64,000 nucleotides of DNA from NCBI RefSeq assembly GCF_018350175.1, contig NC_058368.1, positions 151,468,001-151,532,000 of the forward strand, in the 5' to 3' direction. The notes beneath the pieces were generated by a model. The model did no database searches, was not told the origin of the DNA, and saw only the letters and a program-made list of their open reading frames with translations. Made by a program: the position numbers and the translations under genes. This DNA comes from Felis catus. Taxonomy: Eukaryota. How positions within the stretch are numbered: the first letter of the stretch is position 1; the number at the start of each line of letters is the position of its first letter. Positions 38,412 through 52,490 of the stretch are shown in pieces.

Positions 38412-39914
38412 ATGTGTGCTTTTGAATCCTGAAATATACAATATTGTTGAACCTTGAAAAAAGTAGCCAAAGAATAGAACATGAAAGCACATGAGGAAAT
38501 ATTTTCTTGCTTAATTGTGAAAGTCCATGTAATAATTTGATCTGTGGCTGCAAGTATAAATGGAAGTAACAGACTAGATGAAAATTTGCTTTCTCCAAAA
38601 TTTCAGATGAGCTATATGTCCAATGTGGGTCATCAGTGGATTTCTCTATTTCACTTCTCATTCATGTGAGGTACTGCTTTGATGTCAATTTGACAAGAGA
38701 AAGAGATTTTTCATTTTCATAGGAAGTGGCATAAAATTTGGTGATTCAGAAAGTTTGTCATGGGATTTGTTTTTGTATAGATATTATTATTTTGCATGTA
38801 AAACAGTCTTCAGAAGACCACAGTGATCCCAGTTTCACTGAAAAGTCACATGTTGATGCAAACCTTATGTTCGCACAGTGGCTGCCTTTTAGTACATCAA
38901 ACCCTACTGAACATCATTAGATCAAATGACTGTAAAAGGTCTTAAGTGGAATGATTTTGATCTGCTCTACACATTTCCCACTGGATTTTTGTCCACATTA
39001 CATAATCACTGTACATTTGGCACAGTATGTTGCCTTTGAAAGAGCTTCAGGACTAAGGAAGCATGAAGACAGAATTGGCCATAAAATCAGAAAGGAGTAC
39101 TAGAAATATATATGCTGCAAAAACTAAAACCTTCCTTTCTCCTTCAGTGTACACTAAAAACTCACTTTATGATTAAAGACTCGACTTAGATAAGCATTAA
39201 AGGCTATTTCACATTATTTATCTTCTGATTTAGCTGGACATTACTATTAAAAAAATCTATTTAGTAAAGAATACTAAAATTCTTACCCTTGTACGGAAAA
39301 TGGTCCTTTTTACTCTAGGGTGGTAAATAAGCATGGATATAAAAAATCGCTTGTCAATGTGTGTATAACAGATTAATATGAAAGCATTTCTGCTTTCAGG
39401 ACGCATATCAGTGAAGGAAGACCCTATGGATGTGGATAGACTTAAGGGAGATATTGACAACTGAGCAAATACTAAATGTACTTCTCCAAATTGAGATGAT
39501 TTGCATGTATCTTCTGATACACAGCCTTTTCCTATCTCATATCCATTCCTTCAGTGTAATTTAACTCAGTAGATTTAATAAAGCAACAGTGGCATTAACT
39601 TCAAAGCTTTGGGATGTGCTCAGAAGTCACCTTTGGAATCACCACAAACTTCTGCCTTCACTTTTATTCTTTTCCAATTGAATGGACTTCGTGTTCAAAT
39701 GTTTTGTGTACTAAAATAGCACCCCTCTTTCTTTTTGTTGTTATTATTTAGCATTATTATTACAAATGTAGATTCTAATTTAGGGCCTGTTTCTATCTAA
39801 CCATGATCAATAGTATTATTTTCATAGGTAAAGTGGTTAGGAGGTCCAAGCACGCAAGTCAGAATAAACATTTTAGAAAATAAACCTTTGTTGGGAATAG
39901 CCTATAGGAATATT

Positions 39915-40606
39915 CAAAGATATACTAGAGCCAACTTTTATCAGCTCTTAAGAGCCAATTGTTAAATTTTCGTTAATTTGACAAGCTGGCTGTTTAATAG
40001 GCCATTGTTAGAAATGAAAATATGCAGCTTGCAATTATATAAATTATAATAAAATAAAGGATAATAAATACAAAAACACTATTTCCTAATTAATTGACTA
40101 CGTTGTACTACTGTCTATGTTCTTGAGGTTATTTGTATAGTAGAAATACTCTACAGTGGTGTGTTACTGGGCATTTTTCCCCACCTCCCTGTTTATTGAT
40201 GTCACATTGGTAGACTGAAATTGACCATGGTAGGGGTGTTTGCACCATGGAAGTCACCAAATGCTCATGATCAGGGATTGAATTATTGTTTTGTTGATTG
40301 TACATGTTTAAAAAAGTGATGGGGAAAATGTTAATGCAGATTAATTTTAAGTGCCTTGTATGTATTCATTACATGATTAGCACAAAAATCGAAGAACTCC
40401 TTTTGCATTGTCTGATAACTATTATTTGATTTAGCAAAGAAATTACATATGTCAATGACAAGTGAGTGACCTTCTGATTTATGTCTTAATTGTATCACTC
40501 TCACCTTATTATTTGTGTACTACATAACATTTACATTGGTGACATTTATTTAAAACTTGTGTACATAGTTTACACATATAGTTAAACTTTTACCAGCATG
40601 CCACAG
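39915..40606 (+). mobile_element. MER63-like hAT-Blackjack DNA transposon
   Basis: 'gagccaattgttaaattttc', 'gtcacattggtagactgaaattgaccatggt' and end 'ttaccagcatgccacag'. Confidence 0.75.
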
Positions 40607-40824
40607 AGGGTATATAAGAAACCATGAAGACTGGGCTACATTTGACCAGTTCTCTAGCAGTACAGGTGATAATTACTCAGATATGCAGTAAGGAAAAGGA
40701 CTTTTCATAACACAAAAAAACTAGTCAGCTATGTGAAATCAACAACTTTACTGAGCTGTCAAATTACAACCTAGTTTTCCTAATGTAGCATGAACCTCAT
40801 TTTGTCAATGTAGAGTCTCCATTT

Positions 40825-41052
40825 CCTTTTTTTTTTTTTTTTAATTTATTTTTGAAAGAGAGAGACAGAGTGAGCAAGCAGGGGAGGGGCAGAGAGAGGG
40901 AGACAAAGAATCTGAATCAGGTTCTAGGCTCTGATTTGTTAGCACAGAGCCTGATGAGGGGCTTGATTCATGAACCCTCGAACTCACCAACCGGGAGATC
41001 GTGACCTGAGCCAAAGTTGGACACTTAATGAACCGAGCCACTCAGGAGCCCC
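40825..41052 (-). mobile_element. Felid CanSINE with internal ~16-bp duplication
   Basis: TSD tagagtctccattt at 40811-40824 and 41053-41066. Confidence 0.97.
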
Positions 41053-41363
41053 TAGAGTCTCCATTTTCTAAAAGTGGATATAGCAACATGACATTGGCTT
41101 CACCTTTTAGCTCTCTCTGTGAGTACTGATTTGGTGAGATAGTGCTTTGGAACAATGAACTGGAATCTTGTTTTTCCTCAGAATTCTGCAAGCCTTTTGA
41201 GTCATCACTCAGGGACTCTTGTCTTTGGTAGATGTCATTTATCTCTTTAAAGATACATATTTGGACAAGGTTTATTTTTTAATTCTAATAGTAATTTTTT
41301 ACACATTTTGTATCACAATTTTTAAAGTTTTGGGTTTTTTTCGTTTTGTTTTTTTTCCTTCTA

Positions 41364-41588
41364 GGGAACCTAGGTGGCTCAGTTGGTTAAGTGTCTGGCT
41401 CTTAATTCTGGCTCAGATCATGATCTTGCAATTTGTGAGATTGAGCCCGGAGTCAGGCTCTGCACTGACAGTACAGAGCCTGCTTGGGATTCTCTTTCTC
41501 CCTCTCTCTTTGCCCCTTCCCACTAGTTCTAGTGCTCTCTCTCTCTTTCTCTCTCTCTCTAAACAAACAAACAGACAAACTTAAAGAA
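41364..41588 (+). mobile_element. CanSINE
   Basis: Head 'gggaacctaggtggctcagttggttaag', CT tract, (AAAC)n tail. Confidence 0.96.
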
Positions 41589-42624
41589 TATTTTTTTCCT
41601 AGAGATTTTTCTTAAGTCAATGTGCAGTTTTCTTCCACTCCTGCTAGATCTCACATGGTTCAGGACAGGAAAAAGGAAAGGAAAGAAAAAAGAAACAGGT
41701 TTAGAATTCATTAGGTTGTTATGCTCACAGTTAAATGATGGTTTTCTCATGTGTTTCCTCTAATTCTATATCTGAGCTGAGCTGAGGATAAACGGAGTTG
41801 GAGAAAGAAGCTTTACTCTGGGACATACAAAATCATACCCCTCACCCTTGTTTTTTAAATTTGAGCCAAAAAAAAAATCTAATGTTAATGGAGGGGGATC
41901 ATTGTGTAGAGGACATTCTTCTAGAAAGCTCACTGTCTTCACTGTGGAAACATGTGACATTCTGCCTAGAGTGTCCTAAACTGTAAAATGAAGAGCAGTT
42001 TTAAAATGTTTATTTCTTATCCTTGGAAGGGTGGTAGCTGGAGGTGGGGGGGTGGGGAACCAGTTCCTGCATTAAATTGTTAAACAGTGATAGGCACTAT
42101 TAGAAAAAATGTTCTCAGTGGTGATTTCTTTTTAGAATTTTGTTGTAACAATCAGGGACTTGTGAATATCCAGGTGGCTCTTTGGGGGCTAAGCCTTGGA
42201 ATTAGTGTTCTGTAGTTCAGTCTTCCCATTTCAACAGCCTGTGGTGATGGCTTTTTACATATCTAAATGTCACAAAACTCAGGGAATTTGAGCACAAGGA
42301 CTGCACATGTGCCCCAGTATAGGTTTTGTAATAGTCTTTAGACATCTGTCCTGCTAGAATAAGGAGTTGAGGCTATTGAGTGATATTGACAGGTAGGCAT
42401 TTAAAATTTACTCTGAATAGGTGACATACATGGACACAATAAAAATTATAAAAATATAACATATGCAAAATTTCAGCCCTGTGCTATTTCCCATCCATCT
42501 AGCCCATGTCCTTTCTCCACAAAGGTGAATCAATTGCATTGCTTTTTTTTTGTGCATATAACCAGGTGTGTGTGTTTTAACACAAATTTACTATGTGAAT
42601 ACTTATTAGGAATGTAATTATACT

Positions 42625-42950
42625 TTTACTGAGCAATTACATTTCTAGGAATCTGTCCTACAGACATATTTGTGTATGTTAACATGAAAGTTTACAAGGC
42701 TATTTATTGTAGCATTGACTGCTATAGCAAAAGACCAGAAAACAATTTTCATTAATAAGACACAAGCTAAATACATTATGGTACATCCATACAGTGCAAT
42801 CATATACATTTGTAGGGAAGAAGGGGAGAGGAGAAAATTTCTATATACTGAAATGGAAATATTTCAATGGGCATATATTGTGTGAAAAGTATATTGCACA
42901 CTATATAGTGTGTCTATATGCTAACTTTTGTGTTAATAAAAGAAGAAATA
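42625..42950 (+). mobile_element. Old L1ME-like 3' fragment
   Basis: 'gcaattacatttctaggaat...tttattgtagcattg...attatggtacatccataca'. Confidence 0.75.
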
Positions 42951-44419
42951 AGGCTTCTAAAATAAAAACCAACTTTAATAAATAGATTGTTTAAACATAA
43001 AGCTTGAGGCAGAAACAACTTTATCATTTAACTTATCTTCAAGAGTAGTACAAAGGAAAACACAAACTATTAAATTTTTGGATCCCAAGTAAGTAATTTT
43101 ACTTAATTCTAGTTCCAATTAATGCAAAAGTTAAAAATTTGGAACAAAACTAGAAAAAATGGTAAAGTATGGAATGTCTACATAATGCAATATAATTCAT
43201 TAAAGTGAGATTTATACCATTAGAAACATTAGAAAATGCTTTTTAAAGTATAAAACTCATGTAAAGAACAAAAAGTAAGCCAAGCATTGTCTAATGAATT
43301 AGTATGAATAATTGTTAAAGGGCAGCAGAAAATACACAGAAAGGCTAACAGTAATCATCTGGGTGTGGAATTATGGGTGATTTTGTTTTCTTAATTAAAC
43401 AATTCTTTATTTTCTGGAATTTCATTGTTGACTTCCTATTGTTGGAAGAGATAGAAAAATAAAGTTTATTTTAAAAGGTGATTGAAATCTTTCTGGGAGA
43501 GGGTAATTGAAGAAAATAACTCAAACTTGGTGCCTTTGTTAGGAAGAGAGGAATATAATTCATTCTTGTCATGAAAGGTGACTCGTTCTCCCCCTCCCTC
43601 TCTTCCTTTTCTTTCCTAGGTCAAACAGTTTGAGTCTAACTAGGTAGCTCAGTAGCTTAGTAGACAAGTTGTTGGCTTGTCGGTAATATGGTAGGTACAA
43701 TATTTACAACTATTACCCAACAAAAATTATGTTGGCTTAGTAATATTGCAAATGTACTTGATAAAATATAATAAAAATATTCATTTTGATTCTCTTGATA
43801 TTTATCATCCAAGGATGTGTTAAATCTTCCAGGCATAAAGAATTTTACATTTCTGCAAGGCTGAAATTGGTTGATTTAGGGAAGATGAGTATGGATGTGA
43901 GGGTCAGTTGCCCAAAATGTTCAAGAAAAAGGTCTTTGTGAAGTAAGATACTTTAGTGGTAGAAGAGAGAAAGAAATAATTGTTTAACTTTATTATGAGT
44001 CTTTGTTTAACCATTGTTTAACTGTACATTTCTGTTTATCTGGAGAGGTTGTTTTCAAGTAATTTAAGTGCCTTTCACATACGTTCCTTTCTCTGTATTT
44101 GTGTAGCTCAGGCCTGAACTGCTATATTAGTCTTCAATCTCTCCTCTCAAATTGAATTTATCTTTGATTCTTCATTCTTCTTCATTGCACACAACTAATC
44201 AATAGCTGAATATGAGAGTCTTTAATATTTGTCTTTCTTATTAGACTGCAGGCTCTGTGAAGAATAGAGGCACTATATAATCAGTGATGTATCTTTGGTA
44301 CCTGGTCAGAGTAAGCACTTAGCATAGGGTTTTTAAATGACTGAATCAGCATGGCTGGCAGAGAACTCTTTTCCCTAGTGACCCCTGTTTTTGGGTTCAT
44401 CAGGTTCCCAAATCGATTT

Positions 44420-45805
44420 TTAATCAGTTTTGGGAAATTCCTGGCCATTGTCTTTTAAAATATTTCTTGTGTTCCATATTCTGTCTCTTCACTCTCCTGA
44501 TGACTCCAATTACATATATGTTGGTATATCTATGTCCGGTTGTTATTTTTTTGCTCTGTGTATTTGAGTTTAGATTTTCATTTGACCTCTGAGTTCTCAT
44601 TTTCTTCTTGTGCTATGTCCACTACTGTTAGATCCATCAATGAGTTATTAATTTGAATATTTTTCATTTCTAAAGTGTCCATTGGGTTTTTAAAATAGAT
44701 CTCAATTCTTTTTAAAATGCATTTATTTTTCTAAAGTTTGTTTATTTATTTTGAGAGAGAGATAAAAAAAAAAACACGTGCACGTGAGTGAGGGAGGGGC
44801 AGAGAGAGAATTCCAAGCAGGCTCTCTGTTGTAATTGCAGAGCCCAACATGGGGTTTGATCTCACAAACCATGAGATCATGACCTGAGCCAAAATCAAGA
44901 ACTGGATGTTTAACCAATAGAGCCACCCATGCGCCCCATTAGATCTCAATTCTTTATTGAAATTCTCCATATTTTCTTCTATTACAACCATTTTCTTTAA
45001 TAAATTGTGAGGGGTCTGTTAAAGTCCTTTTTATTTTCTGATTTAAGTTTATGAACCATCTGTATGTCTATTTTTCTCTCTTCTGTTTCACTGATTTACA
45101 ATCAATTAATCATATTTTTAGTATGTGTCATAAATTTTGATTGGATGCTAGACTTTGTGAATGACAAATTTTAAAGGATCTTGAAGCTATTTTCCTACAT
45201 AGAATGTAGTTTTTGGTGGAGGGAGGAGAGGCAGATAGAGTAGCAGTGGATTATTTGGATCTATAGAGGGTTTTTTGTAAAGACAGAGCTAATTTAGTAT
45301 GGCTCCTAGTATCAAGGGGGTAGCTCGTTTGGCATTTTAATGAAAATCTGACTTGTTTACCAAGCCTTTCTATATTGACAAAACTTGGATTCTAAAGTTT
45401 TTCTCCCTAGTATCAGGCAGCTGTTGAGATCTTGTTGCTCAGCTCTTTCGATCGTTAGGTGTTGCTTCTGGAGTGTGTGTGCCATTTTGAAGTAAGCTAA
45501 TGCTTGATGGATATTTGTGTGGATATTTTGCAGCTTCCTCCTGTGTAATTCCCTCTAATTTGGATTTTCCTTCAGCATATAATTACTCTTCCAGTCCAAA
45601 ATTCCAGCTCTTAAATCTTTCACCAATTAGCTAAGAATCCTGTTTCCTGCTTGAGCCTTGCTACTTACCCTGTGTTATCAAACTGAAAAGTGCTTTCAGT
45701 GGAAAAGCCAGAAACTTACCTGATGTGCCTGTTTTCTTTTCAGGATAGGAATATCTAAAATTTCACTTATGTGGGATGATTTTGAATGCCTTCAAAGTAT
45801 TGTTA
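44420..45805 (-). mobile_element. Old L1M ORF1/5' fragment
   Basis: 'ttttgggaaattcctggccatt...actccaattacatatatgttgg'; far boundary uncertain. Confidence 0.6.
44712..44937 (-). mobile_element. CanSINE
   Basis: TSD tagatctcaattcttt at 44696-44711 and 44940-44955. Confidence 0.97.
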
Positions 45806-45807
45806 AT

Positions 45808-46170
45808 GTATTGTAGTAGTTTCCTACAGCTTTGATAACAAAGTGCCAAAGCCTGGGTGGTTTAAAACAACAGGAATGTATTTATCTTACACTTTTGAAG
45901 GTACAAAGTCCAAAATCAAGGAGTAATCTAGGTCATATTCTCTTTGGTGGATGTAGGGGAGAGTCCTTTCAGGCATCTAGCTTCTCGTGTTTGTTGGCAA
46001 TCCTTCAATTTCCATGGCTTGAAGATCCGTCACTCCAGTAAGGTGGCCATCTTGTCCATGTGTGGCTGTCTCTATTTCCAAATTTTCCTTTTGTTATGAG
46101 AGAAGTACTCAGATTAGAGGCCACCCTAAAGACCTCATTTTAACTGTATTATCCATGTAAAGATTCCATT
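45808..46170 (-). mobile_element. MLT1-type MaLR LTR (partial)
   Basis: 'ataacaaagtgccaaagcctgggtggtttaaaacaacag...aagtccaaaatcaagg...gacctcattttaact'. Confidence 0.85.
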
Positions 46171-47644
46171 TTTATGATTGTCACGAGAAAGCAAAACTAA
46201 CTATGATAGAAGACACAGTAGCAGTTACATGGGAAAGAAAAGGGATGTGAAAAAGAAAAGGGGTGAGGAAATACTGTGTCTTAATCTGAACAGTGGCTAC
46301 ATAGGTGTATATAGTTATTTAAATTGTTGAGTTTAGGTTAATGCACTTTATACATCTTAGTGTAGACGAGGGAGTAAAAGTGTTCCTTAGTCTCTCAGTG
46401 GCCCTTTTCAAGAACAGCAGCCATCTTCAGCGGGTAAATCAACCTTGAATGCAGGACTCAGTTCCAGGCCTCTGTCCTCTCTGGGATTCTGGCCTCCGAA
46501 TTGTGCACTACTGACTTAGATTTGTAGGCCTCAAGCACAGTTTTCTTTTAAAATTAAAAAAAAATAATTTTGTCCAGCTTTTCTAGTTGCCATTAGTGTG
46601 GGAGAGTATGGGTTCCTTAGTTTTCCATTATGGGGACTAGACCTAGTCTATTCCCTGGGAATTCTTGTAACCATAGAGAACCTACATAGGTATTCAGATT
46701 TGATTTACTGTATCTGACTTTGGATTTCTTGCTGATTTTGAAAATTGAGTGAAAATTGGCTTAAATCTGAACTCCTTTTTCTGTATCAAGGCCTTTCCAA
46801 AATTCCTTTTCCCCATCTAACCAGCACATTTTCTGAGTTTTCTGTAAGTTAAATGATCAGATTATTTGTTTCCACATGACTTCACCATTGTCTCTTTTGG
46901 ATAAATCACACTTATCTCTGCTGTATCCACTTACTTCACTGCAGCATTCATTTGACAACTTAAAACATACAGCAATTTATCTCTATGATTAAATGGGCTC
47001 CTCTTTTAAAATAATTTTTCGGGTTTATCCCTCACATCTCCTAACGTACATCAGTAGTTCTTTATAAGTATGTTCTCATTTGTATGTGGTTTGGACATTT
47101 TTCTACGGATTATTCATGTGCATGAGCTTTGTAGCAGCAACTATATTATAAACTCTGTTTGTAAAGAACTTTATTTCATCTCTTCTATATTCCACATACA
47201 ACATAGAATGCCTGACCCAATATGAGAGTTATTCTTGAAAGTCTGTTGACTGTGTGACATCAGGGCTATTCAAATTTCTTCTCGCTTGCTGAATTCAGTG
47301 AAATTATATTTAACCCTTAACAGCAATTCTAAATAGTATTTTGTTAAGACTGAATAGCCAGGCTGATTTTTTACTTTGTAAGGACTTTAATAAAGTGAAA
47401 ACATCTACTTAAATGCTTCAATTTATGTACTCACTATCTTTGATCCTTAGTGTTTATTTATGACCTTTAAGTTTCTAAAACAGAAATCATTGGACTTACA
47501 TACAAAATATTTTAACTATGTTCATCGTATTGCCACATAAAATGAACAAATCAAAATATTATTAAGGTAACAGTTAACCCAAAGGGGAATAAAACCTCAA
47601 ATCTGAAATGTCCAGATAAAAAGCATTTTTTTGTGTGATTGAAG

Positions 47645-48870
47645 CCATTCATTTAGTTACTAATTTAACATAATCTATTGAATGCCTACCAACTAACTGT
47701 TAGAAATGTTTTAGGCATTGACTTATGGCCTGAATGGAGCTTATTACCAGTGACAGAGACAGGAATAAAAACCAAGTTAACAAATTAATTTGTAGTAGTT
47801 GTAAATTAAAAAAAAATAGATTAGTGTAAAGGAATTAAAAATGAAAGGGGAGTTATCAAAGATAGGTTGGTCAGAAAAAGCGTTTCTAAGTTCATGATCT
47901 TTGAACACAGACATGAATAAAATGAAGAAGCAAGCTATTGGAAGATCAAGGGTTTATTCCAGACGAAGAGAACAGCAAGCATTAAAGTACTGAGGTAGGA
48001 ATAAGCCTTGATGTATTCATGGAAGTGTAAGAAGGACACTGTGGATAAATTGTAGTGTGTAAGAAGGAACATAATGGAAAATGAGTTTGGAAAGTATGTA
48101 AGAGCTGGGTGATGAAGGCAAGTGTTAGGAATTTTTATTTCATCCTGAGTATGTTGGAAAGCCATGAGAAGAGTTTAGATAGTTTAGTAATAAAATGTGA
48201 TATGATGGAGATCGTAAATTTCCCTCTAGCTACTGTGTGGGTGAATGAGTGAAAGCTATGAGTTAAGTTATGAGGCTGTTGTAGTACTTTGGAAGGGAGA
48301 TAAAGGTGATTTGGAAGAGTGGCAGCAGCGGAGTTGGTAAGATATGATGAGGTTCAGATTATATTTTGAAAGGAGAACTGGAAAAGGAAAAGCAGGAAAG
48401 CAAATTTTCAAGGATGACACATAGGGTTTTGTTTTATGCAACTAGACAAATCATGGTGTCATTTACAGAGCTGAGAGACAGTGGTAAGAACAAATTGTGA
48501 TGGAAGAGGAGTTCTGCTTTAGTTACATTACAATTAAGAACCTAAGAGATATCCAGTGGCAATACTGAGTAGGCATTTGAAGAAAACAATGTGGATTTCA
48601 GGAAGGAGATTGAGACTGGAAATATAAATTTAAGAGTCACCAGGAGGATGAGAAAAATTAGCAAGTGATTGTAAATAGAGAAAAGGAACAGAGTAAGCCT
48701 GGGATATGTCAACATTTAAAGACTGAATACAAGCCAGAAACATTAGACTGTTAGTAGTATAGTAATTTCATGAATTCAAGTGAAAAACTGTTTCAAGAAG
48801 GGAGATGTGATCACCTTCTGAGTTCTACAATGAAGTGATGAAAGATGAAAATAATTCATTAATTACTATC
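47645..48870 (-). mobile_element. L2 LINE fragment
   Basis: 'cattcattt...tattgaatgcctac' 3' end followed by long purine-rich L2 antisense text. Confidence 0.75.
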
Positions 48871-51800
48871 GTGGCAATACTATAGAGGGTACTGATAACC
48901 TTAACAAAGGAGGAATCAATTGGAATTTAATAAATACTTAAATTTAATAGATATTTAATTAAACATACACAATTATGTGTGTATATTTAATTATACACAG
49001 CGCACACACGCGCACATACACACACACATATATGCACACACACACATACACACACACTGGGGGTGGGGGGAGAGAAAACATCATTGAATGCTAATGAAAA
49101 TGATCCAGTAGAGAGGGAGACATTGGTGATATAGGAAAGAGGGAGGTAAATGAGAATGTAACCTAGACACAGTTTAGAGAAGTTGGAGTTAGAGAAGTTA
49201 GACTTAGCCAGAAGTGAGGACATTTCATTCATTTTATCAGGAGATAAGTTAAATGTACATTACAGTATTTGAAGGAAAGTTGGTAGATTCTTAAAATTAT
49301 AGTTCATTGAAATTAAAGCCCATTAACATTAGAGGTAGAATCATCAGCTAAAACTGAGTGAGCGAAAGAGGTGTTGGAAGCTAAGGAAATCAGGTGTGAA
49401 ATAATGTGACAGAATGGGAAAATGAACTAACTAGAAAAATAAAATCAGAATGCCCAGCTTACTGAGGTCTACTTGTTATTTGTAGTCATATGTTTATGTA
49501 AAACCATTTACTGTAGCTTTGTGTTTGTAATTTTTTTCTACACACAAAATCCATTTGTGTAATAGACTTAACCAGGTTTGAAAGTTTGCCAAGATAGTAC
49601 AATAGAGGGGGTAGGAGCTTTATAGGGAAAGAAGTAATTACAGTGGTAGGACTCATTGAAATGATGAACTCTAAACTGAGTTAGGAGGGAAGTGAAGTCA
49701 TGATGGCTTTTACAGACAAGAAAATTACAGGGATTTTGGGTTTCAATGAGGTCAAAGAAATTTTGGAGTGGGGATACTTGAGGTTGATACACTGGAAGTA
49801 ATATAGTTACGATTTTATTACAATATGTAGGATGGGACCATGAGGGTTGGTGTCTGAAATAGAAAGTAGGAATATGTGAAGGTTTGTGGGCCAGGGTTTT
49901 GAACGGATCATCAATATGGATGTTAAAACAACTAAGATTGATCATAAGAGTAGAGAAAGTGAGCCAGATGTTAAGGCCAGTTATTTTACTTAGGTGCTAG
50001 ATCCCTCCTCTTTATCTACTCAAGAATGTGGCTCTATAAAGTTTTCCTTCTGTCTCCTACTTCCATTCTACAGAAAATTCTTACCAGCATACAAACATGC
50101 TATTATTTTCCCCATAATGAAAAGCAGAACAAAATGAGGAAACAACAAAGGAAATCTTTTGACTTCATAGCCCTTTTTAGGTACTTTCTCATTTCTTTCT
50201 TGTCCCTTACAGCAAAATTCCTCAAAATATTTATCTATATTCAGGATTTTCAATTACTCTCTTCTGTTTCTCTCTTGAATCTATTCTAATCATGCATTTA
50301 TATAAATGAATCAATTAAATAGAAGGAATGGGCAAAACATTGGTAGACAACTACAAGGAAATGTTACATATTTGGTGGCTTTAGCTGAACAGAGTTCATA
50401 TTTTTGAGGGAGAGAGAGTAGAAATTTTCTGGAAGCAGCAAGAGCAAAGGGAATACATATTTCACTTTCAGACCCTGTGTTTTATGGCACATGGGAAGTA
50501 GATGGTCACCACTTGAGAGAGACACAGGTGAAGCAAAACCCTCATGGGAAAGCTAGCTTTGGGTTATAGTAAGATGATAAATGGAATGTTGGGAAATTTG
50601 TGCTCAGAATATAGGAGGCTCTGCTGATGACAGGCCATGACTTTCAGAGGGCATTTTAAGAGAGTGTGAATTTCGGTATGTGTTTGGGAAGACTGGTTTA
50701 GATTCAGAAACGTGTAGGAAAGAGTCTGGCTGCTGCTGAATGATTTAGGAGGATTGAGTTTTTATTAATGACTGAGGTAGACAGAGATGTAAGCCATGTA
50801 AAATTGGTTCATATGGTCTCTTAGGGGGAGGTAGGTATCACTTTTAACTATAGCATCTTCTTGGGGATTCATCTTTTAGCGTCACTGTAGTGGTGAGGCT
50901 AGTAGTGATGTGGTGGGGATGAGAACAGTGGCTAACAGTTCTTGTGTATGTCGAGAACATGAACTTAGTAAAACACCAAGGTCTCTCATAAATTCATTTG
51001 AGGACCATGTATAGGCCAGGGAACGCTTGTTCTAACCAAGAGCCACAGAGCATTGGAAACGTAACTTAAATCCAGGATAGTCATGAAATTCATAATGGTG
51101 GTAGGGAGCATCATAGATGGGAAAGTACATGGAGCTTGGTGGATATTCTTTAAATCCTGCTGAGATGCTCATATGTCATGGTAGTTGGGAACACCTTCTT
51201 GTTCATTTGCAGCGTCTGCCACTTACTCCCTGGATAACATTAGCCTCTGTTTCCTCATGTATAAAGTGGGAGCTCAAAATAGAGCTTAATTTATACAGTT
51301 ATTATGAGAATTAGATATATCTAAAGCAGTTGACAGAGTGCCAAGCATCCAGGAAATACTAAAATATTTTAGATTGTTTATAATCATTGGGGAACCCCAT
51401 TGCTGCTCTCTATTAGCAGACTTAGTAGGATCATTGCATCTTAGAATTGGAAAGAGCTTAAAAGTAATTTAGCTTAAGGAAGTGTACTCAGTTTCAAAAC
51501 AATGTTGGTTTTTATTTTGTATCTAAGTCCTATTTATGGGGAGCACAGTCTGAAATGTTTAAGACAAAATTTAGCATATAATTTTTTGCTTTAAAAGTAT
51601 GCTAGGTACGTAAGCCCTATGAGAGCTAAGACACGGCCAGATTGGTTCATTGTTATGTCACAAAGGCCTTGAACAGTGTCTGGCACATACAGTAAGTACT
51701 TAATAGTTTCACTTAGTGTTTAATGCATGAGAGAATATAAATGATATTTTAATTTTACCAGTGTGCTAATGTGGACAGCTTTGGAGTAATTCCTTGTCTG

Positions 51801-51949
51801 GGCAAGTATAATTTGAGCTACTGCATGACAACAGAGTCTATCCTGAACTATCCTCCAGGCAATTGAGTGACGCATCTGCGGTTTGTCATGAGAAGGACTG
51901 AGCCCACCCAGGGGAGGAAACCTGTACAATAATAATAATAAAAAAAAGA

Positions 51950-52490
51950 TATTAATGATAATAGCTAACATACTTATGTAGTCTAAAATATATATAAATA
52001 CCTTAGTATACAACAACACTGTTAAAAGTAGTTTGTGTGTATTAACTAAAATTTAAGAACAATCCTGAGGGATATTGTTATCATAATCATATTCACTGTT
52101 GGTATCATCATCAGTTATGATCACTATCAACTTCATCACCTCCATTTTATTTTTTTAATTTTTTTAACATTTATTTAATTTTGAGAGCGAGAGAGAGAAA
52201 GACAGAGCATGAGTGGGGGAGAGAGAGAGGGAGACACAGAATCTGAAGCAGGCTCCAGGCTCTGAGCTGTCAGCACAGAGCCCAACAAGGGGCTCGAACT
52301 CACGGACCGCCAGATCATGACCTGAGCTGAAGCCTGACGCTTAACTGACTGAGCTACCCCGGTGCCCCCATCATCTTCATTTTATAGATGGGTAAATGGA
52401 GGCAGAACAAGGTTAAGTGAGTTGCCAAAGATCACCCAGCTAATTTGCTGATTTGTATCACAGCTGTGATTTGAATCCAGGAAGTCTGGC
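51950..52490 (-). mobile_element. MIR SINE, interrupted by a CanSINE
   Basis: 'cattttatagatgggtaaatggaggcagaacaaggttaagtgagttgccaaagatcac...atttgaatccagg'. Confidence 0.8.
52151..52368 (-). mobile_element. Felid CanSINE
   Basis: TSD catcacctccattttat / catcatcttcattttat. Confidence 0.97.

Noticed and set aside
2..39460. Exact 15-mer gggagatattgacaa at 2-16 and 39446-39460
   Set aside because: A few such matches are expected by chance in 64 kb of AT-rich DNA, and the match does not extend
43590..43650. Long pyrimidine tract, AG, then a 24-nt segment
   Set aside because: Weak donor (gtagct) and a stop in phase 0; indistinguishable from background pseudo-sites
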